Shown: positions 51,478 through 64,000 of the stretch, one piece after another
Layout: every line of letters begins with the position of its first letter
Position numbering within the stretch: the stretch's first letter is position 1
From: Octopus sinensis
Lineage: Eukaryota
Length of the DNA stretch: 64,000 nt
Assembly: GCF_006345805.1 (NCBI RefSeq)
Contig: NC_043002.1
Span: 100,936,001-101,000,000, forward strand
Direction: 5' to 3'
Notes under the pieces: model-generated
Databases searched by the model: none
Seen by the model: only the letters and a program-made list of their open reading frames with translations
Told to the model about the DNA's origin: nothing
Position numbers and translations under genes: made by a program

Positions 51478-51624
51478 AAATAAATAGATAGGTTTCTAGG
51501 TAGAGTGTCAGAATGAAAGACAACTATTCTGCTAGCTAACTAGCTAGTTAGCAGATTATTGCTATGGCTATGATCAACATATGATAATTGTCCAAAATAC
51601 TGGACAAGGCTATCAATTCTGAAT

Positions 51625-51790
51625 GAGGGTGTAAGGGAATTATATCGACCCAAGTCATCAACTGCCAATTATTTCATCGACTCCGAATTATGGAAAGGCA
51701 AAATCGACGTCAGCAGGATTTGAAACAGAACGTAAGGACGGACGTAAAATATTTCGCCCCCCGTGTGCTAACGATTCTGCCAACTCACCA
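51625..51790 (-). mobile_element. Old SINE (8004 family)
   Basis: Reverse complement gives the head ggtgagttggcagaatcgttagcac and body gacgtcgattttgcctttcc. Confidence 0.7.
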
Positions 51791-53197
51791 ATAACGACTT
51801 AAAAGTTTGACTCAAGGCCAACAAGTTCTCGAGCCCTGAAATTTTTCGTAGAGATATTAGTTTTACCATTGAGTCAGAAAGGAGGATTAAACCAGGCCGG
51901 AATTATCTAATGTAATCGTCCACATCCTTTATAATTGCTAATGTCGGCTCCAGTAGATTTAGAAGTAAGAAGACTCAAAGAAATTTTGGTAGGTCGAGAA
52001 GACAAATCACATTCCTATTTTCAGACTTAGTGCGAACTATGGTATTAAAATACTTCTACCTATACGAATTTATAGTGCTACACTTATAAAGCATTCTTCT
52101 CCCTTAAAATCCTCCTCGCTTATGCTAACATTTTCTTTTCTTGTCTGGTTATTATTGTTAACACGGATCCTGACTTTAGTGTAATTATTGCTATTTCTAC
52201 TACAATTATATTTAATAGTAGTATTTTCCTTACTACACTATATTTCTTGCGCACAAAGCAGTATTGTTCTCTTAATACATTTCCTTCTGTTGTCATTTAT
52301 ATTGAATCTTATCTGTATTGGTATCGTTTAACACAATTTGTGATATTCTTAGGACACAAGTATTTCACATATTGCTTCTTTATTTTAGCATAATTTTTAT
52401 TTATTATTAACCGTCTTCTTATTGGATTTAATTTCATTAATGAGATTATTTTCCTATCATAATCTCCATTATTAGCATTTACACTGCGACTATTATTACG
52501 GTGATTATTATTTTCAATCATTTATATATATATACATGGAGAAATGGCGTACTCCGAATTAATAAGGTGACGTACTCCGATGGTAGAGAGGTATTCAGGG
52601 ATCAGGTACTCCGATACTGTCGACAGGACGTTGGGTCCGTGTGAGCTTGCAGTAAATAGTCAATTAAAATAAAACACAGAAAAATTGAAACAAAGGAAGC
52701 AATCACACGTGTGGACGTAATACAAGCAATGTATTAAAGATGCTCAGAGAAGGGAAAATGTTGTGGTTTTACGCTTCAAGCATAGATCTTTTCGGAGACG
52801 GGAAGAACAGGAAAGTCCTCTGGGATGATTTAAATTTCTAGATGATTTGTTTTGTATGGGGAAACCAAACGAGACAGCAGTATTCAAGATGTGGCTGTAC
52901 AAAGGAGGAGAAAAGTGGAATGACAAGAACGTAAAGTATTTATCATAAATTTACGGTTTCACACTTTATTCTACTTTACTGTTACAGCATTACACACACA
53001 GAATCATAAATTTTCCAGTACAAAAAAAAAACACACTTTAAAATATCTCTCTTAAGGTGTGTGATGGAACAATAAATCTGTTTTCTACCACAAAATATAC
53101 TTAAAAAATAGGAGTGGATCTTATGGAACAGTGCGTCTTGTGCGAGAGAACGTATTATTCGTCAGTAAATGCGGTAATTTATCTTTATATTTGCATA

Positions 53198-53611
53198 TAG
53201 GCGCAGGAGTGGCTGTGTGGTAAGTAGCTTGCTAACCAACCACATGGTTCCGGGTTCAGTCCCACTGCGTGGCATCTTGGGCAAGTGTCTTCTGCTATAG
53301 CCCCGGGCTGACCAATGCCTTGTGAGTGGATTTGGTAGACCGAAACTGAAAGAATCCTGTCGTATATATGTATATATATATATATATATATGTGTGTGTT
53401 TGTGTGTTTGTGTTTGTCCCTCCTAGCATTGCTTGACAACCGATGCTGGTGTGTTTACGTTCCCGTCACTTAGCGGTTCGGCAAAAAGAGACCGATAGAA
53501 TAAGTACTGGCCTTACAAAGAATAAGTCCCGGGGTCGATTTGCTCGACTAAAGGCGGTGCTCCAGCATGGCCGCAGTCAAATGACTGAAACAAGTAAAAG
53601 AGTAAAAGAGT
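53198..53611 (+). mobile_element. Full-length tRNA-derived CORE-type SINE (octopus OR-like)
   Basis: A box tggctgtgtggtaag, B-box-like ggttcagtccc, CORE-like cttgggcaagtgtctt, internal AT/GT repeat, tail ggcggtgctccagcatggccgcagtc..actgaaac and (taaaaga) repeats. Confidence 0.88.
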
Positions 53612-54118
53612 ATATAACATTTCGGATGCAAAAGAGTGAATGGGACATCATTGTAGATGACTAAGGAAGAGGCTACCTTTAACAATTATTTTAGCATCCA
53701 TTTTCATTCTTACCATAATGAACTTAAATAAAACAATAAAATTCTGAAAAAAAAAAAAATTGCTAGACGATTTTTTCATCCATAACTTCGACGTTTTCTC
53801 ACATTTTAAGTAAGAGAAAATTAAACGTTGAAAAACCTAGAGGGACAAATAAAGAACAATTTTTTTTTAATTTGTTTCCTTCGAGGGGAAATTTGCCTAA
53901 AGAGTGTCATTGAAATAGCAATCATTTTTTTTTTTTTGACGTCACAAATAAATTGGTTTACAAATATCACAATGAAGGTCATTATAAAATTTCTCGGAGC
54001 TAGGATTTTCATTTAAAACGTCTTGGCCATTTTCTCTTTTAATACCAATTTTTATCATAATTTGAAGTACTGAAGATATTATCATTGCTTTTGTTGTTTA
54101 CTTTCTAAATTAAACCTC

Positions 54119-54257
54119 TACCGAGGTCAACTTTGTCTTTCATACTTTGGGCGTCGATAAAACAAATACCAGATGAGCACTGAAGTCGATGTAATTGACT
54201 AGTCCTCCCCACCCCCACCTAGAAATACGGGCCTTGTGCCTAAATCTGAAACCATCA
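54119..54257 (+). mobile_element. 5'-truncated SINE (8004 family)
   Basis: ccgaggtcaactttg..cgtcgataaa..gggccttgtgcctaaa. Confidence 0.7.
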
Positions 54258-54290
54258 TTATTAGTAGTAGTAGTAGTAGTAGTAGCAGCA

Positions 54291-55887
54291 GAATTTTCAT
54301 AAATACTCATCAGATTGGACTGTTGGAAAAGAAAAATCCTAGCATCGGGCTACAAATAAACTTAGATGCCAAGAACCCTCCAAAGTATCCTACCTGTCCC
54401 TAATAACACTGTTTTTTACAGCTCTACTAAATTGGGTTTGTAGCTATTTCCTCCATCCATCTGTTTATATCTTTATCTACTCTACCTAATACCACGTAGT
54501 CTTCTACTGATATTAACCCTTGTCCACCTTCCTTTCTAGGTAGGTATAATATTTCTACTCCTCCTCTTCTGTGGCATCCTCCATTCATATTGAATTCCTC
54601 CTTAGTCCTGCTGTCTAGCTTTCCTAATTCAGATGTTGTCCAGTCTACAAAAGCTGTTGAGAATCTAAGTAATAATACTGTCCAAGTATTTTCAGCCTTC
54701 TCTAGATTCGGACCATTTAGCTTTGACTTCATTAGCTTCCTCACACTTCTGATGCACTCCTTCTCAATTTTCGTTTACATTTCTGTAGTCAGTGCTCTGT
54801 CATATTCTAATACACCTAGATGCTTATAACTCACTCCTCCTTTCATTGATTTTAATGTCTGGGCATCTGGTAATTCGGTGCCTTCGCTGTTGACTACCTG
54901 TCCCCTTCTCATGACTAATATTGCACACTTATCTGTGCCAAATTCCATGCCTTCATCCTTGCTGAAGAGTCTTTCAGTCTGTATTAAGTAATCTATTTCT
55001 TTTTCATTCTTACTAAAATGTTTCAGATCCTCCATGTAGAGTATCTAGTTAATGTCTCCCTTACTATTTCTAGACTTGTACCCTGCCTATACTGAAGAAT
55101 CTAATTTCCTAGTCATTTCTAGCAGCTTCCTTCCCTTGGTGCCTTTTACTGCTTATTTCTTTACTCATACTCATTACTTACTGCAACTCATCTAAAATCC
55201 TGTGATCTTCCTCACGTAAAATCACTTAAGTCATTGGTAGAGTTGTCCCTTCCTTATTGGTAGTGCTATTACTATTTCTTCCTATAGGTTCTTCTTATTT
55301 TGATATTTATCTCTTATGTTGTTTGTCTTCCCCACTGCCTGGTCTTTCTTTTCAAGTTCCCCTGTGATCCCTTCTATATCCAATTCTATCATCCACTTTC
55401 TTGTAATAGTATCAGCTTTATCAACTTATCTCTGCTCTGTCAATTTAAACATGCCCTTCTCTAACCAAAGTGTTAACATCCGTTTTCTGTAGGTTCATTT
55501 ACGTTCACTTTCAAAGTAGCACTGTATCACTATCCTGTTTTTTTTTTTCAATGGTTCACTTCCTCCTCCTTATTCTATCATCTGCTGACTCTGTATTAAC
55601 ATGACAGCTGTAGTCAGTCTGCACCTTTACTGATCCACTGCCGAGCGAGAGGACTTTCCTCAAAGGTCCAGCTTTATTTTCGCTGTTACAACCAGAGTTT
55701 TTCGGAAACTCCTCTCTTTCATAAACTGAGGTAAGGTAACGATCGTCACTATCCTCATCCCTTCTATTGATTTTCGACATCTGAAAGTTTCAAGCAACTT
55801 TCTATTGTATACTTTGTTGCATCTTTGTGCTGGTGGGGTATGCTGCATTTTTATGGGGTGGGGGATATTGTATTATTATTATTATTA

Positions 55888-55949
<62 letters not shown>

Positions 55950-56600
55950 GTCTTTGCATAGCTTCTAACACTAGAGATGTACTACGGTTCCAGCTGTTTA
56001 CTACCAGGGAACTAAGGTAACACACCTTAATTTTCGAGCATCTCCTGGAGTATTCGAGCGGTTCCAAGCAGTGCTGCTTTCTGCAAGTGTTCCACCTCTT
56101 TTGTTACTTCCATTAAGTTTCTTTTTCTTGACATCGACACCTACATTTTCTGCTACAACAATACTTGCTGCGTTGATCAAATTTTTGGCTTCTGTGATAG
56201 CTTCAAGCTCTACTTCTGTGAACCAACAATTTTTCCTTATTGCTCTAGCTTGATCACACAACCTCCCTTCCGTGAGTTGAAACAATCTCTTTTCTCTCCA
56301 ATGATCATACATACGTTGTCGATAACCCCTAATTTGAGCACCATTTTCATCTACCGGGTTGCTCAGGTAGTAACCCTCCATGACCACAGCATTAATTTGT
56401 TTGCTCCATCTACGCCGTGTGTGGTGGTACCTTTCTGGATATCGACAGGCTGGAGCCGGACCAGAATCTCTGAGCCCACCGGGTGTAACACTGTCACCAT
56501 CAATGGCTTCCGTTTCATTACCACCGTTATTCCCAATATTTTGTTTTTTCATTGTCACTCATAATAGAGATAGCGATTATCAGGTTGCGCAATTACCAAT
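54291..56600 (-). mobile_element. Decayed R4/Dong-clade element, third subfamily (C), internally deleted
   Basis: Myb-like RRRWSKQINAVVMEGYYLS..GYRQRM..RLCDQARAI; RT tail YMEDLK..FGTDKC, LYLPRKEGGQGL; terminal LGTGRILWRVL; (ATT)n at 55871-55949 inside. Confidence 0.85.
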
Positions 56601-56964
56601 GTTTTTATTGCAACACCATCACTGGATGGATGTATCATTAATCAGGACACGGAGAGGCTCCATCCGATTCCTTTCATTATTATTATTTCCATCATCACTG
56701 ATATTATTGTTTTTATATTTTACTATTTGTCATTGTTATATTAACAGAGTCAGAGATTACACAGGCCTATGCAGGGTAGGGGTGGCACCAACTTCCAGCG
56801 CTGTTCACACTCTTTGATCTGGACTTCCTCAGCGATGTTCTGTCATGCTGAACGACTTTCCAAAGAGTCCATTACTCACTTGTAATCTTCTTCGGGGAAC
56901 AGTCTCTTTTTCAGTCTTCTATCGCCGTTGCCAATTACTGCCTTTATTGTTGGATCTATGTGTA

Positions 56965-57110
56965 GTAGCAGCAGAACTGTTAGTACATCGGAAAAATGCT
57001 TATCGGCTTTTCGTCCGGCCCTTTACCTTCTGAGCACAAATCCCACTGAGGTCAACTTTGCTTTTCGTTCATTCAGGATCGATGAAATAAAATGTCAATT
57101 GGGATTTTAT
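56965..57110 (+). mobile_element. Old SINE fragment (8004 family)
   Basis: cagaactgttag..aaatcccactgaggtcaactttgcttttc..gatcgat. Confidence 0.55.
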
Positions 57111-57319
57111 GGTGGTAGAATGAGAGAATTGTTAGTGTCGAAAAATAACTTGCATGGTTTATTCTGGGTCTTTATACTCTGTGTTCAAATTCTATAGCGT
57201 CTAACTTTCCTTTCATCTTCCCTGAAATACTAAGGTCGATGGCATCGGCAGAATTGTCCCCCTCAGAATGGATTGGCCTTGTGCCCACACCTGATATCAT
57301 CATCATCATCATCGTTGTC

Positions 57320-57351
<32 letters not shown>

Positions 57352-57954
57352 AACTGAATCTGCGACACCGTTGTTTGTGTTAGTAATGCTTTTTAGATAT
57401 ACATACATATACATATATACGCATATGTGTGCGTGTGTAAACATGTGTATGTGTGCGTGCGTGCGTACACGTATGTTTGTGTGCTTGAATACATGTATGT
57501 ATATATACTGGGGACCATACATTCGACTATAAATTCTTCAGGGCAGTGTCCCTTTATGGCCGCAGTCTAATGCTTGAAATAGGTAATAGATAAAAAATGC
57601 ATTTCTCACCGACACTGGTTTTGGTAGTGTTTAGGCTACGATCCTTCCATCCTTTCCTTCATCAAATGACATAAAAGAATATATTAAAATTTATGAAAAT
57701 ATCTACAAAAATTTTCCTTTAGTTGCTTAACGTTATTTAGTTGTTTTTGTTATTGCATTTACTTTTTTTTTTTACATTTATTCTAATGCTGAAAAACCTA
57801 ATTTATTTCCTTCTACTTGTGCCATTTCACTCGTTAGCGCCATTTTGTATTTAAAAATCATTGAGCGCTAAAGGCGAAATTACTACTCAATATTCCTAAT
57901 AAAGTGACGTTGAAAGTATAGTGTTTCTTACGTGCTTTGTGCGCGCGTGCGTGC

Positions 57955-57992
<38 letters not shown>

Positions 57993-58576
57993 CTGTGTTT
58001 TATTCTCATTCATTCTCTTTTTTCCCTTCTTTTCTCTTTGTTTCTTAATTAATGCCAAAAGATTGTCGACTTTAAGTGAAATTTAAAATTGCATGATCAT
58101 AAAATTTCATAGCAAGTTCTTTCTATATTTATAAAAACCGGCATTTTCACTATTGGCAGATGGCATCACTGGTCTGGTTGGATAAACATTTGATCGATAC
58201 GAAAGACTTTCCAAACGTTATTTGGCATCACGTCGCGTTGTTATTGTTGTTATTGCTGTGGTTGCTCTTGTTGTTGTTGTTGTTGTCTACATTATTTCTC
58301 TTAACATTTTATACGTGATACGTGAATGTAAATTAAACAATAAAAACAATGCTCTACCAATTAATGATGGACGACAAGAGAATATGTAGAAGTAAATCTT
58401 CGTCTTTTTGTACAAATTAGTAAAGAGATATTTAAAGATTCAAATTAGCTAAAGGCTAAAAACTATCATCTCTAAACAACATAACCAACATTACTTTATT
58501 TAGTATCACACATTTTTGAGCAAATAAAAGAAAACCATCACCACGATTATCATTATCGTTATTAATATTATTGAAA

Positions 58577-58760
58577 CTAGCAGAACCGTTACTGCTTCAA
58601 AAATGCCTAGCGGCATCTATTCCGACTATTTACCTTCAGAGTTCAAATACTGTCAAGATAAACTTCGATTTCTTCTTTTCGGAGTCGATACATTAGGTAC
58701 CAGTTCAATACTGGGATCGATGTAATCGACTATCCCCCTCCTCCAAATTTCAGGCCTTGT
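58577..58760 (+). mobile_element. Old SINE (8004 family)
   Basis: ctagcagaaccgtta..gagttcaaat..ggtaccagtt..ctgggatcgatgtaatcgact..caggccttgt. Confidence 0.7.
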
Positions 58761-59505
58761 ATGATATATCATACGTGTGTGTGTGTGTGTGTGTTTGTAT
58801 ATCTATCAGAGTTGACTACTATTTTCTAGTAATCGTTACTTGAAATTTTATGCTGACTAGATAAGCGCCAGGCAACATTTCAACTTTTGAAACAAGTGAA
58901 AATATTATTGGTGTTCAGCTTATCGGATTTAGTCACGCAAAACATCGTCAGTATCGTTGGTATTATATTTCTCGGGTTTGACACTTTATTTCACATTTCT
59001 TCATTTCATAATATAACAGTCTCGAGAATAGATAAAAAGACTATCTAAGAAATGGTGAATTGTTAACTGAAATAAACTGTCGTCCTTACCAGGTATTTAG
59101 ACACGCGGAAGTGGGTACAGGTTCCTCTCGCATTCACTTAATGCAGTTGTGAAACCGAAGCTGAGCTTTCTTAAAAGCTACTTTTCTTTCCTGGCAGAAA
59201 TGTGCACTCTTTTCATTACGTTTCAACAATTCCAGCTGCCTTATAGTCAACAATATGAATGACAGCAACATCAACAGTTATATATTTTTCTACTTATTTA
59301 TATTTTTTGATGATTGTTTTAAAAGATGGCATTATCCCTATCTTTTCGTCTCAGAAAGTAATAGTGATAATACACGATTCTATGTTTACCACCGAACTTT
59401 CTAAAATCCACCATTTACATCCGGCAATCTAGTGAGGTTCTTAAATTTCAAATCTATCCAAATCTGCCAACCGGATTCCAGGTCTTAAACGTAGCGATAG
59501 AAAGA

Positions 59506-59566
59506 CCACCATTTTGTCACGTACGAACAAAAATGGCGGTTTCCTTTAATGTTTGCTTCTCGCCAT
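59506..59566. promoter_or_regulatory. YY1-type motif cluster (AAAATGGCGG at 59530-39) in repeat-poor DNA
   Basis: Perfect YY1 consensus plus ccatttt and cgccat variants; no linked exon identified. Confidence 0.25.
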
Positions 59567-60159
59567 CATTAATTCTCTCAATCAGTGTTGGGATTTTTGT
59601 TTCGTTATTTTGTTTTTTCGTTTGTATTGTTTTATTTATTCTTATCTTAAACATTATGATTAAATTTCAGTAAATCCTTCCTAATTCCTTTTCTGTTTAT
59701 TCCATTTGATTACAGACAGAACTTCATTGAATAAAGTCGCCTTCATTGTTGTTGTTGTTGTTGCTGCTGTTAATATTATCATCATTCTTATTATTATTAA
59801 CAATTATATTAGAAATTACTGCTACTACTACTACTACTACCTCCATTATTATGATTACTATTGTTATTGTTGTTGTTGTTGTTGTCGCCAGAGCAGGTGG
59901 TGTGTTTTTGGAGTGCTGTAAGTTTGTTTAATTCACTTGTTTTAAAAGGTTCTATACTGTATTTTATTAACCAAAGCCCCATTTTGGGGGTGATACAAAC
60001 CTTTTTGTTTTTAAATTTCTTCGAAAATTTGCTTCGAAGAAAGTAAACATTGACGATGGCGACGAAAAATGGGAGTGAGAAAGGAAGGAAGATGGTACGA
60101 CAGTTTGCACGAGGACCTCCCTATCCTCACCGCCATGATTGGCAGCAGACAGGAGGAGT

Positions 60160-60335
60160 AGGAAGAAGAAGAGGGGGGAGGAAGGAAGGAAGGAAGGAAG
60201 AAGAAGATGAGGGGGAAGGAAGGAAGGAAGAAGAAGAAGGAAGGAAGAAGAAGAAGAAGAAGAAGAAGAAGAAGAAGAAGAAGAAGAAGAAGAAGAAGAA
60301 GAAGAAGAAGAAGAAGAAGAAGAAAGAAAGAAAGA
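60160..60335. repeat. Purine-rich (GGAA)n/(AAG)n microsatellite
   Basis: Directly visible; explains the poly-K ORF. Confidence 0.95.
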
Positions 60336-60514
60336 TCTTATGTGGTGGTTCTGGCAAAAGCGTTGTGTGGAGGAGGCGATTGAAAGGGTTGAAGACGGGT
60401 ACCTTCCTGTTTGGCCAAGGCCTCATTAACTTTTTCAGCTTCCACCTGAAAAGGAAAGTGAGGCTGGAGAGAGGGAAATACTGTCACTCAGTGAGTTCGT
60501 TGAAAGGTGGGTGA

Positions 60515-62420
60515 ATGTGGAAAGAATAGTCGCCGCGTGAATGGGCCACTACTATCGCTTCATCATTTCCGCCCAATGCATATGACATCAGCCCATCCAC
60601 CAGTACCCCAAAATGGAAGATCCAATTTATTCAGGACTGGGTTAATGACCATCCACACCATATTCCTTTCTTCATTCTCGCAGAACCCCATCTCAATAAC
60701 CTCCACTTGGAAGCTGAGGTGAGAGTAAAGAATTTTACAACCATCCCTGTAGATTGTGTCGGCAGAAGAAAGGGCGCGACCGCCATTTTCATGCACGATT
60801 CTTTTTCGGCTGAAGCTGTGGATGTATTTACCAATGGCTACTGTGATGCAGCTTCTGTGTATAATAGAACCAACAATTTAATAGTAGTTGGGCTCCATAG
60901 GCCACTCCTAACTCCTTTACTATGCTTCAAGGAATGCCTCAACAGCATTAAGTGTTTCATACATCAGTATCATGCTGACAACATATTCATGATGTGGGAC
61001 TTCAACCTTCCCAGAGTTGACTGGTCCACAAACAGCTTGAAACCAGGTTTTTGCACCTCAACCCCTGATAAGGAAGCAAACAAATTGTTTTTTGATTACA
61101 TGGATGAGCTTTTTTGACCCAAGTTGCTCTCGAACCAACAGGGTGTCAGAAAAACACCTGGGACCTAATGTTCAGTAATTACCACTGACAGTATCCACAA
61201 TATTGCAGTGGAACAAAAACGCCACTTCTATCAGGCCATGACATGGGTCTCAGCGATCTGAGATTCTACCATTCAAAGATTAAATACAATGACATCTCTC
61301 AAGCACATCCATTTGGCACTATGGATCTTTATGACGAACACTGGGAAGCGATCAACTATCGTTGTTCACAAGTTGGTTGGGCCTTCACGCACGCACACAC
61401 TCGAACCGACATAAACACACCATGGCAGACATTTGTAGATACAGTCACAAATATATGCTCAAAGCTTACTCTATTAAGATCAGTAAACAAATCTTTGTGC
61501 AGAATCCCTAGAAATAGAAGAGCAATTGTCAGAAAAATGAAAAGAAATAACAAGAAAATCAACCAACTTAGATACTGCCAGCAGCAACGCGCCCATTCGA
61601 CTGCCATTGCATCACTTGAATCGAGAAAACACGACCTCCAAAAGAGAATGAAGACCATCATTAGCAAAGAGCAGCTGAGAAGAGTTGGGCCACTGACAAA
61701 ATAAAGACTCAATCTCAAATTGTTCTTTTCATTCGCTGTCTCATCTGCTTGATGAGAACAACACTTTACATGATGATGTAAAATCCATGTGCGAGATACT
61801 GAAGAGACGAAAATGGAGATAAGTTTAGTTTGATCTACTTTAGAAAAGAGGATACTCTGAAATTATCATATGCTCTTCTCTTGACCTTGGAGTTCCCATG
61901 AAAAAAGCAAGTCTTACTTGACCCGCAAGATGTGCTCCTGGATTCTGAGAACGTTCCGGCCTGGAGATACGTAGACCATCATCCTTGTCTACTCTACTTT
62001 TGCCCGACCACACCCTGAATACTGTTGCCCACTGTTGTCTTCCCCATACAAAGCAACTCATTTTGAATGTGGAAGCACTCCAGAGGTCATTAACAAGAAA
62101 GACAGGCGGCGTGACAGACGTTGACTATTGGGATCGACTGAAATCACTCAATCTCTACTCTCACCAACGCCACCCGCAGCGCTACATCATTTGTGTGATG
62201 TGGAAAATATTCCATCAATATTAGCACAAATGATGTTGCCATTAATTTTTAAATCCACCCAAGGCTTGGCCCCCGTGCTATCCGCCCACTAGAAAAATAG
62301 AACTCAGGACACATAACAACATCACGCCGCAACTACTTTACCACAACCGGTCCAGCTCTCTTTAATACCAAACCAAAATACGTTAGAACAGAAACGGATC
62401 CAATAAAATTAAGAAGTTCG
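60515..62420 (+). mobile_element. Decayed CR1/L2-group LINE (APE endonuclease plus RT tail, most of RT deleted)
   Basis: VGRRKGATAIF, IVVGLHRP and WDFNLPRVDW (APE); VEALQRSLTR..YWDRLKSLNLYS..RY..WKIF. Confidence 0.82.
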
Positions 62421-62641
62421 ATTAAAAATAAAGAAAAAAACCCACGAAGCTTGGGATGGATGGAAAGGACGGATTAAACGGCTTAAGGATTAGCTTGTTA
62501 TAACTGAATTAATATGATATGAGGCTACGCCACAAAATAAAATGATTCATTTTATAACATAAAACACAAAAACAGGCCAAAAGACATATTTTCAATAATA
62601 TCATTGGCAGCATTTTACGGCGATTTACGGTAAAGCTTATA

Positions 62642-63152
62642 TCTTTATATATAAAAGAGAGGTTGTGTGCTGTCTGTCTCCTACGATTTAGATTCCTAAC
62701 TACTCCCACATTTTGCGGTGCAGGTTAACCAAAACCGGGTATCTTATAGTCGTGATTCATATCGAGCCCGTCTGAGTATTAGCGCGCGTCTACGATGAGT
62801 CTACGATTTTAAAAATAATTTAACATCATTTTTTATTCCATTTTAATGCATAATTTTCGTGTGTCGATGGCGGCGGAGTTGGCGTCCATGCTCACACCTG
62901 CACCTGTTTGCTTCTCCCCTTTCTTCCCTCCCTCTTGAAGCTGTGGGGAAGGGAGTGTAAGGAAATCAACGTCGTAAAACGTTGTCAAGGAGACCAGCGT
63001 TCTTTTAGAACAACGACTTCATGGCTTGAAGACACCAAAACAGAAATGGCTAAGAAAGCCCGAATTGGCATCTATAAGGGAAGTAACTCTCTAAAAATGC
63101 TTATATAGTTATTTCCCTTACAAATCCGAGCAACGCCGGGCGATACTGCTAG
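62642..63152 (+). mobile_element. Non-autonomous Helitron, copy 1
   Basis: 5' TC after host A (62641); 3' GC-rich hairpin tccgagcaacgccggg (63125-40) then CTAG (63149-52). Confidence 0.88.
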
Positions 63153-63546
63153 TTATATATAAAAGAGAGGCTGTGTGCTGTCTGTCTCCTACGATTTAGA
63201 TTCCTAACTACTCCCACATTTTGCGGTGCAGTTTAACCAAAACCGGGTATCTTATAGTCGTGATTCATATCAAGCTCTTCTGGATATTAGCGTTCGTCTA
63301 CGATGAGTCTACGATTTAAAAAAAAATTACCATCATTTTTTCCATTTTAATGCATCTTTCGCTATTATATAAGGGAAGTAACTCTCTAAAAATGTCTACG
63401 ATGAGTCAACGATTTAAAAAAAAATTACCATAATTTTTTTTCCATTTTTAATGCATTTTTTTGCTATTTTTTGGCTATAACTCTCTAAAAATGCTTATAT
63501 AGTTATTTCCCTTACAAACCCGAGCAACGCCGGGCGATACTGCTAG
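63153..63546 (+). mobile_element. Non-autonomous Helitron, copy 2 (head-to-tail, internally rearranged)
   Basis: Same 5' sequence minus the first TCT; hairpin cccgagcaacgccggg (63519-34); CTAG 63543-46 followed by host T. Confidence 0.88.
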
Positions 63547-63574
63547 TTTATAATAAAAAGTTTAATGTTTCGTT

Positions 63575-63790
63575 TGTGAGGCTGGAGTTAGGTCCCATTT
63601 CCACCAAGAGAGATAACAAACGTTAAGAGGCAAAAGCAATCTACGGAAACGGATCCCATAAAATTAACAAGCTTCACTGCACAACTTTCTTCAAAATATC
63701 CCAGACCAAACTCCTACACCCGGATATGTAACCAACGATAATAGCTCTTTGCTAGTATGGGCTACGGTGCCCCATTATATGACTAAAAGA
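63575..63790 (+). mobile_element. Short 3' fragment of the same LINE family as 60515-62420
   Basis: gaaacggatcc.ataaaattaa.aag occurs at 62391 and 63646; continues with IPDQTPTPGYV. Confidence 0.6.
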
Positions 63791-64000
63791 CATTACCAGG
63801 TAGTGCTATTAAGTTAGACATGCCCTGGGCTTATTCTGGCTGTAAACATATCATAGTTATATAGAAATTTTTCCCAATTCATAGTTTTACTGGATTAGAT
63901 AGCCTCGCCTGTCAAGGGAAGTAACTCTTGTCTCTGTTATCTCCCCTAGTAGTGATGGGACATAAATCCAGCCTCGCAAACGAAGCATTAAATTTTTCAG

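Noticed and set aside
52025-52190. Acceptor-like ttttcAG followed by an open stretch
   Set aside because: The frame terminates without features and lies after the predicted stop of the gene; the region looks like decayed repeat.
54290-54320. Minus-strand CTGATGA-gtatttat-GAAA in the Dong C 3' UTR
   Set aside because: Stem II loop too short and no stem I partner.
56790-56835. Minus-strand CTGAGGA...GAA-cagcgctg upstream of Dong C
   Set aside because: Palindromic stem III is present, but GAAA, UH, stem I and stem II are not satisfied; at most a decayed relic.
60050-60514. 154-aa poly-K/E ORF
   Set aside because: Open only because of the (GGAA)n/(AAG)n repeat; no domain or splice support.

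Overview
AT-rich, microsatellite-dense animal DNA. The SINE families and repeat landscape point to an octopus or other coleoid cephalopod (inference from remembered repeat families, not a database search). Most of the window is decayed transposons: Penelope-like elements (PLEs), R4/Dong-clade non-LTR elements sitting in (TAA)n runs, CR1/L2-type LINEs, mariner, Tc1, pogo/Tigger, hAT, Helitrons and many tRNA-derived SINEs. Almost all ORF-track entries are microsatellite artefacts or TE fragments. Among these repeats I can assemble a spliced + strand host gene that the ORF track misses. It has four coding exons (24848-24920, 32054-32194, 40294-40444, 40677-40710) with canonical splice sites and matching phases, and possibly a non-coding exon 1 at about 15524-15656. 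It encodes a 132-aa, probably secreted protein with 10 mature cysteines and two tandem C-x6-C-x6-W-x7/8-C-x4-C modules. The window also has a set of type I hammerhead ribozyme motifs of PLE type; three of them lie on the sense strand of that gene's intron 3 and two lie in fold-back structures. Other notable structures are head-to-tail Dong arrays in (TAA)n, a tandem non-autonomous Helitron dimer and a LINE/SINE shared 3' tail.
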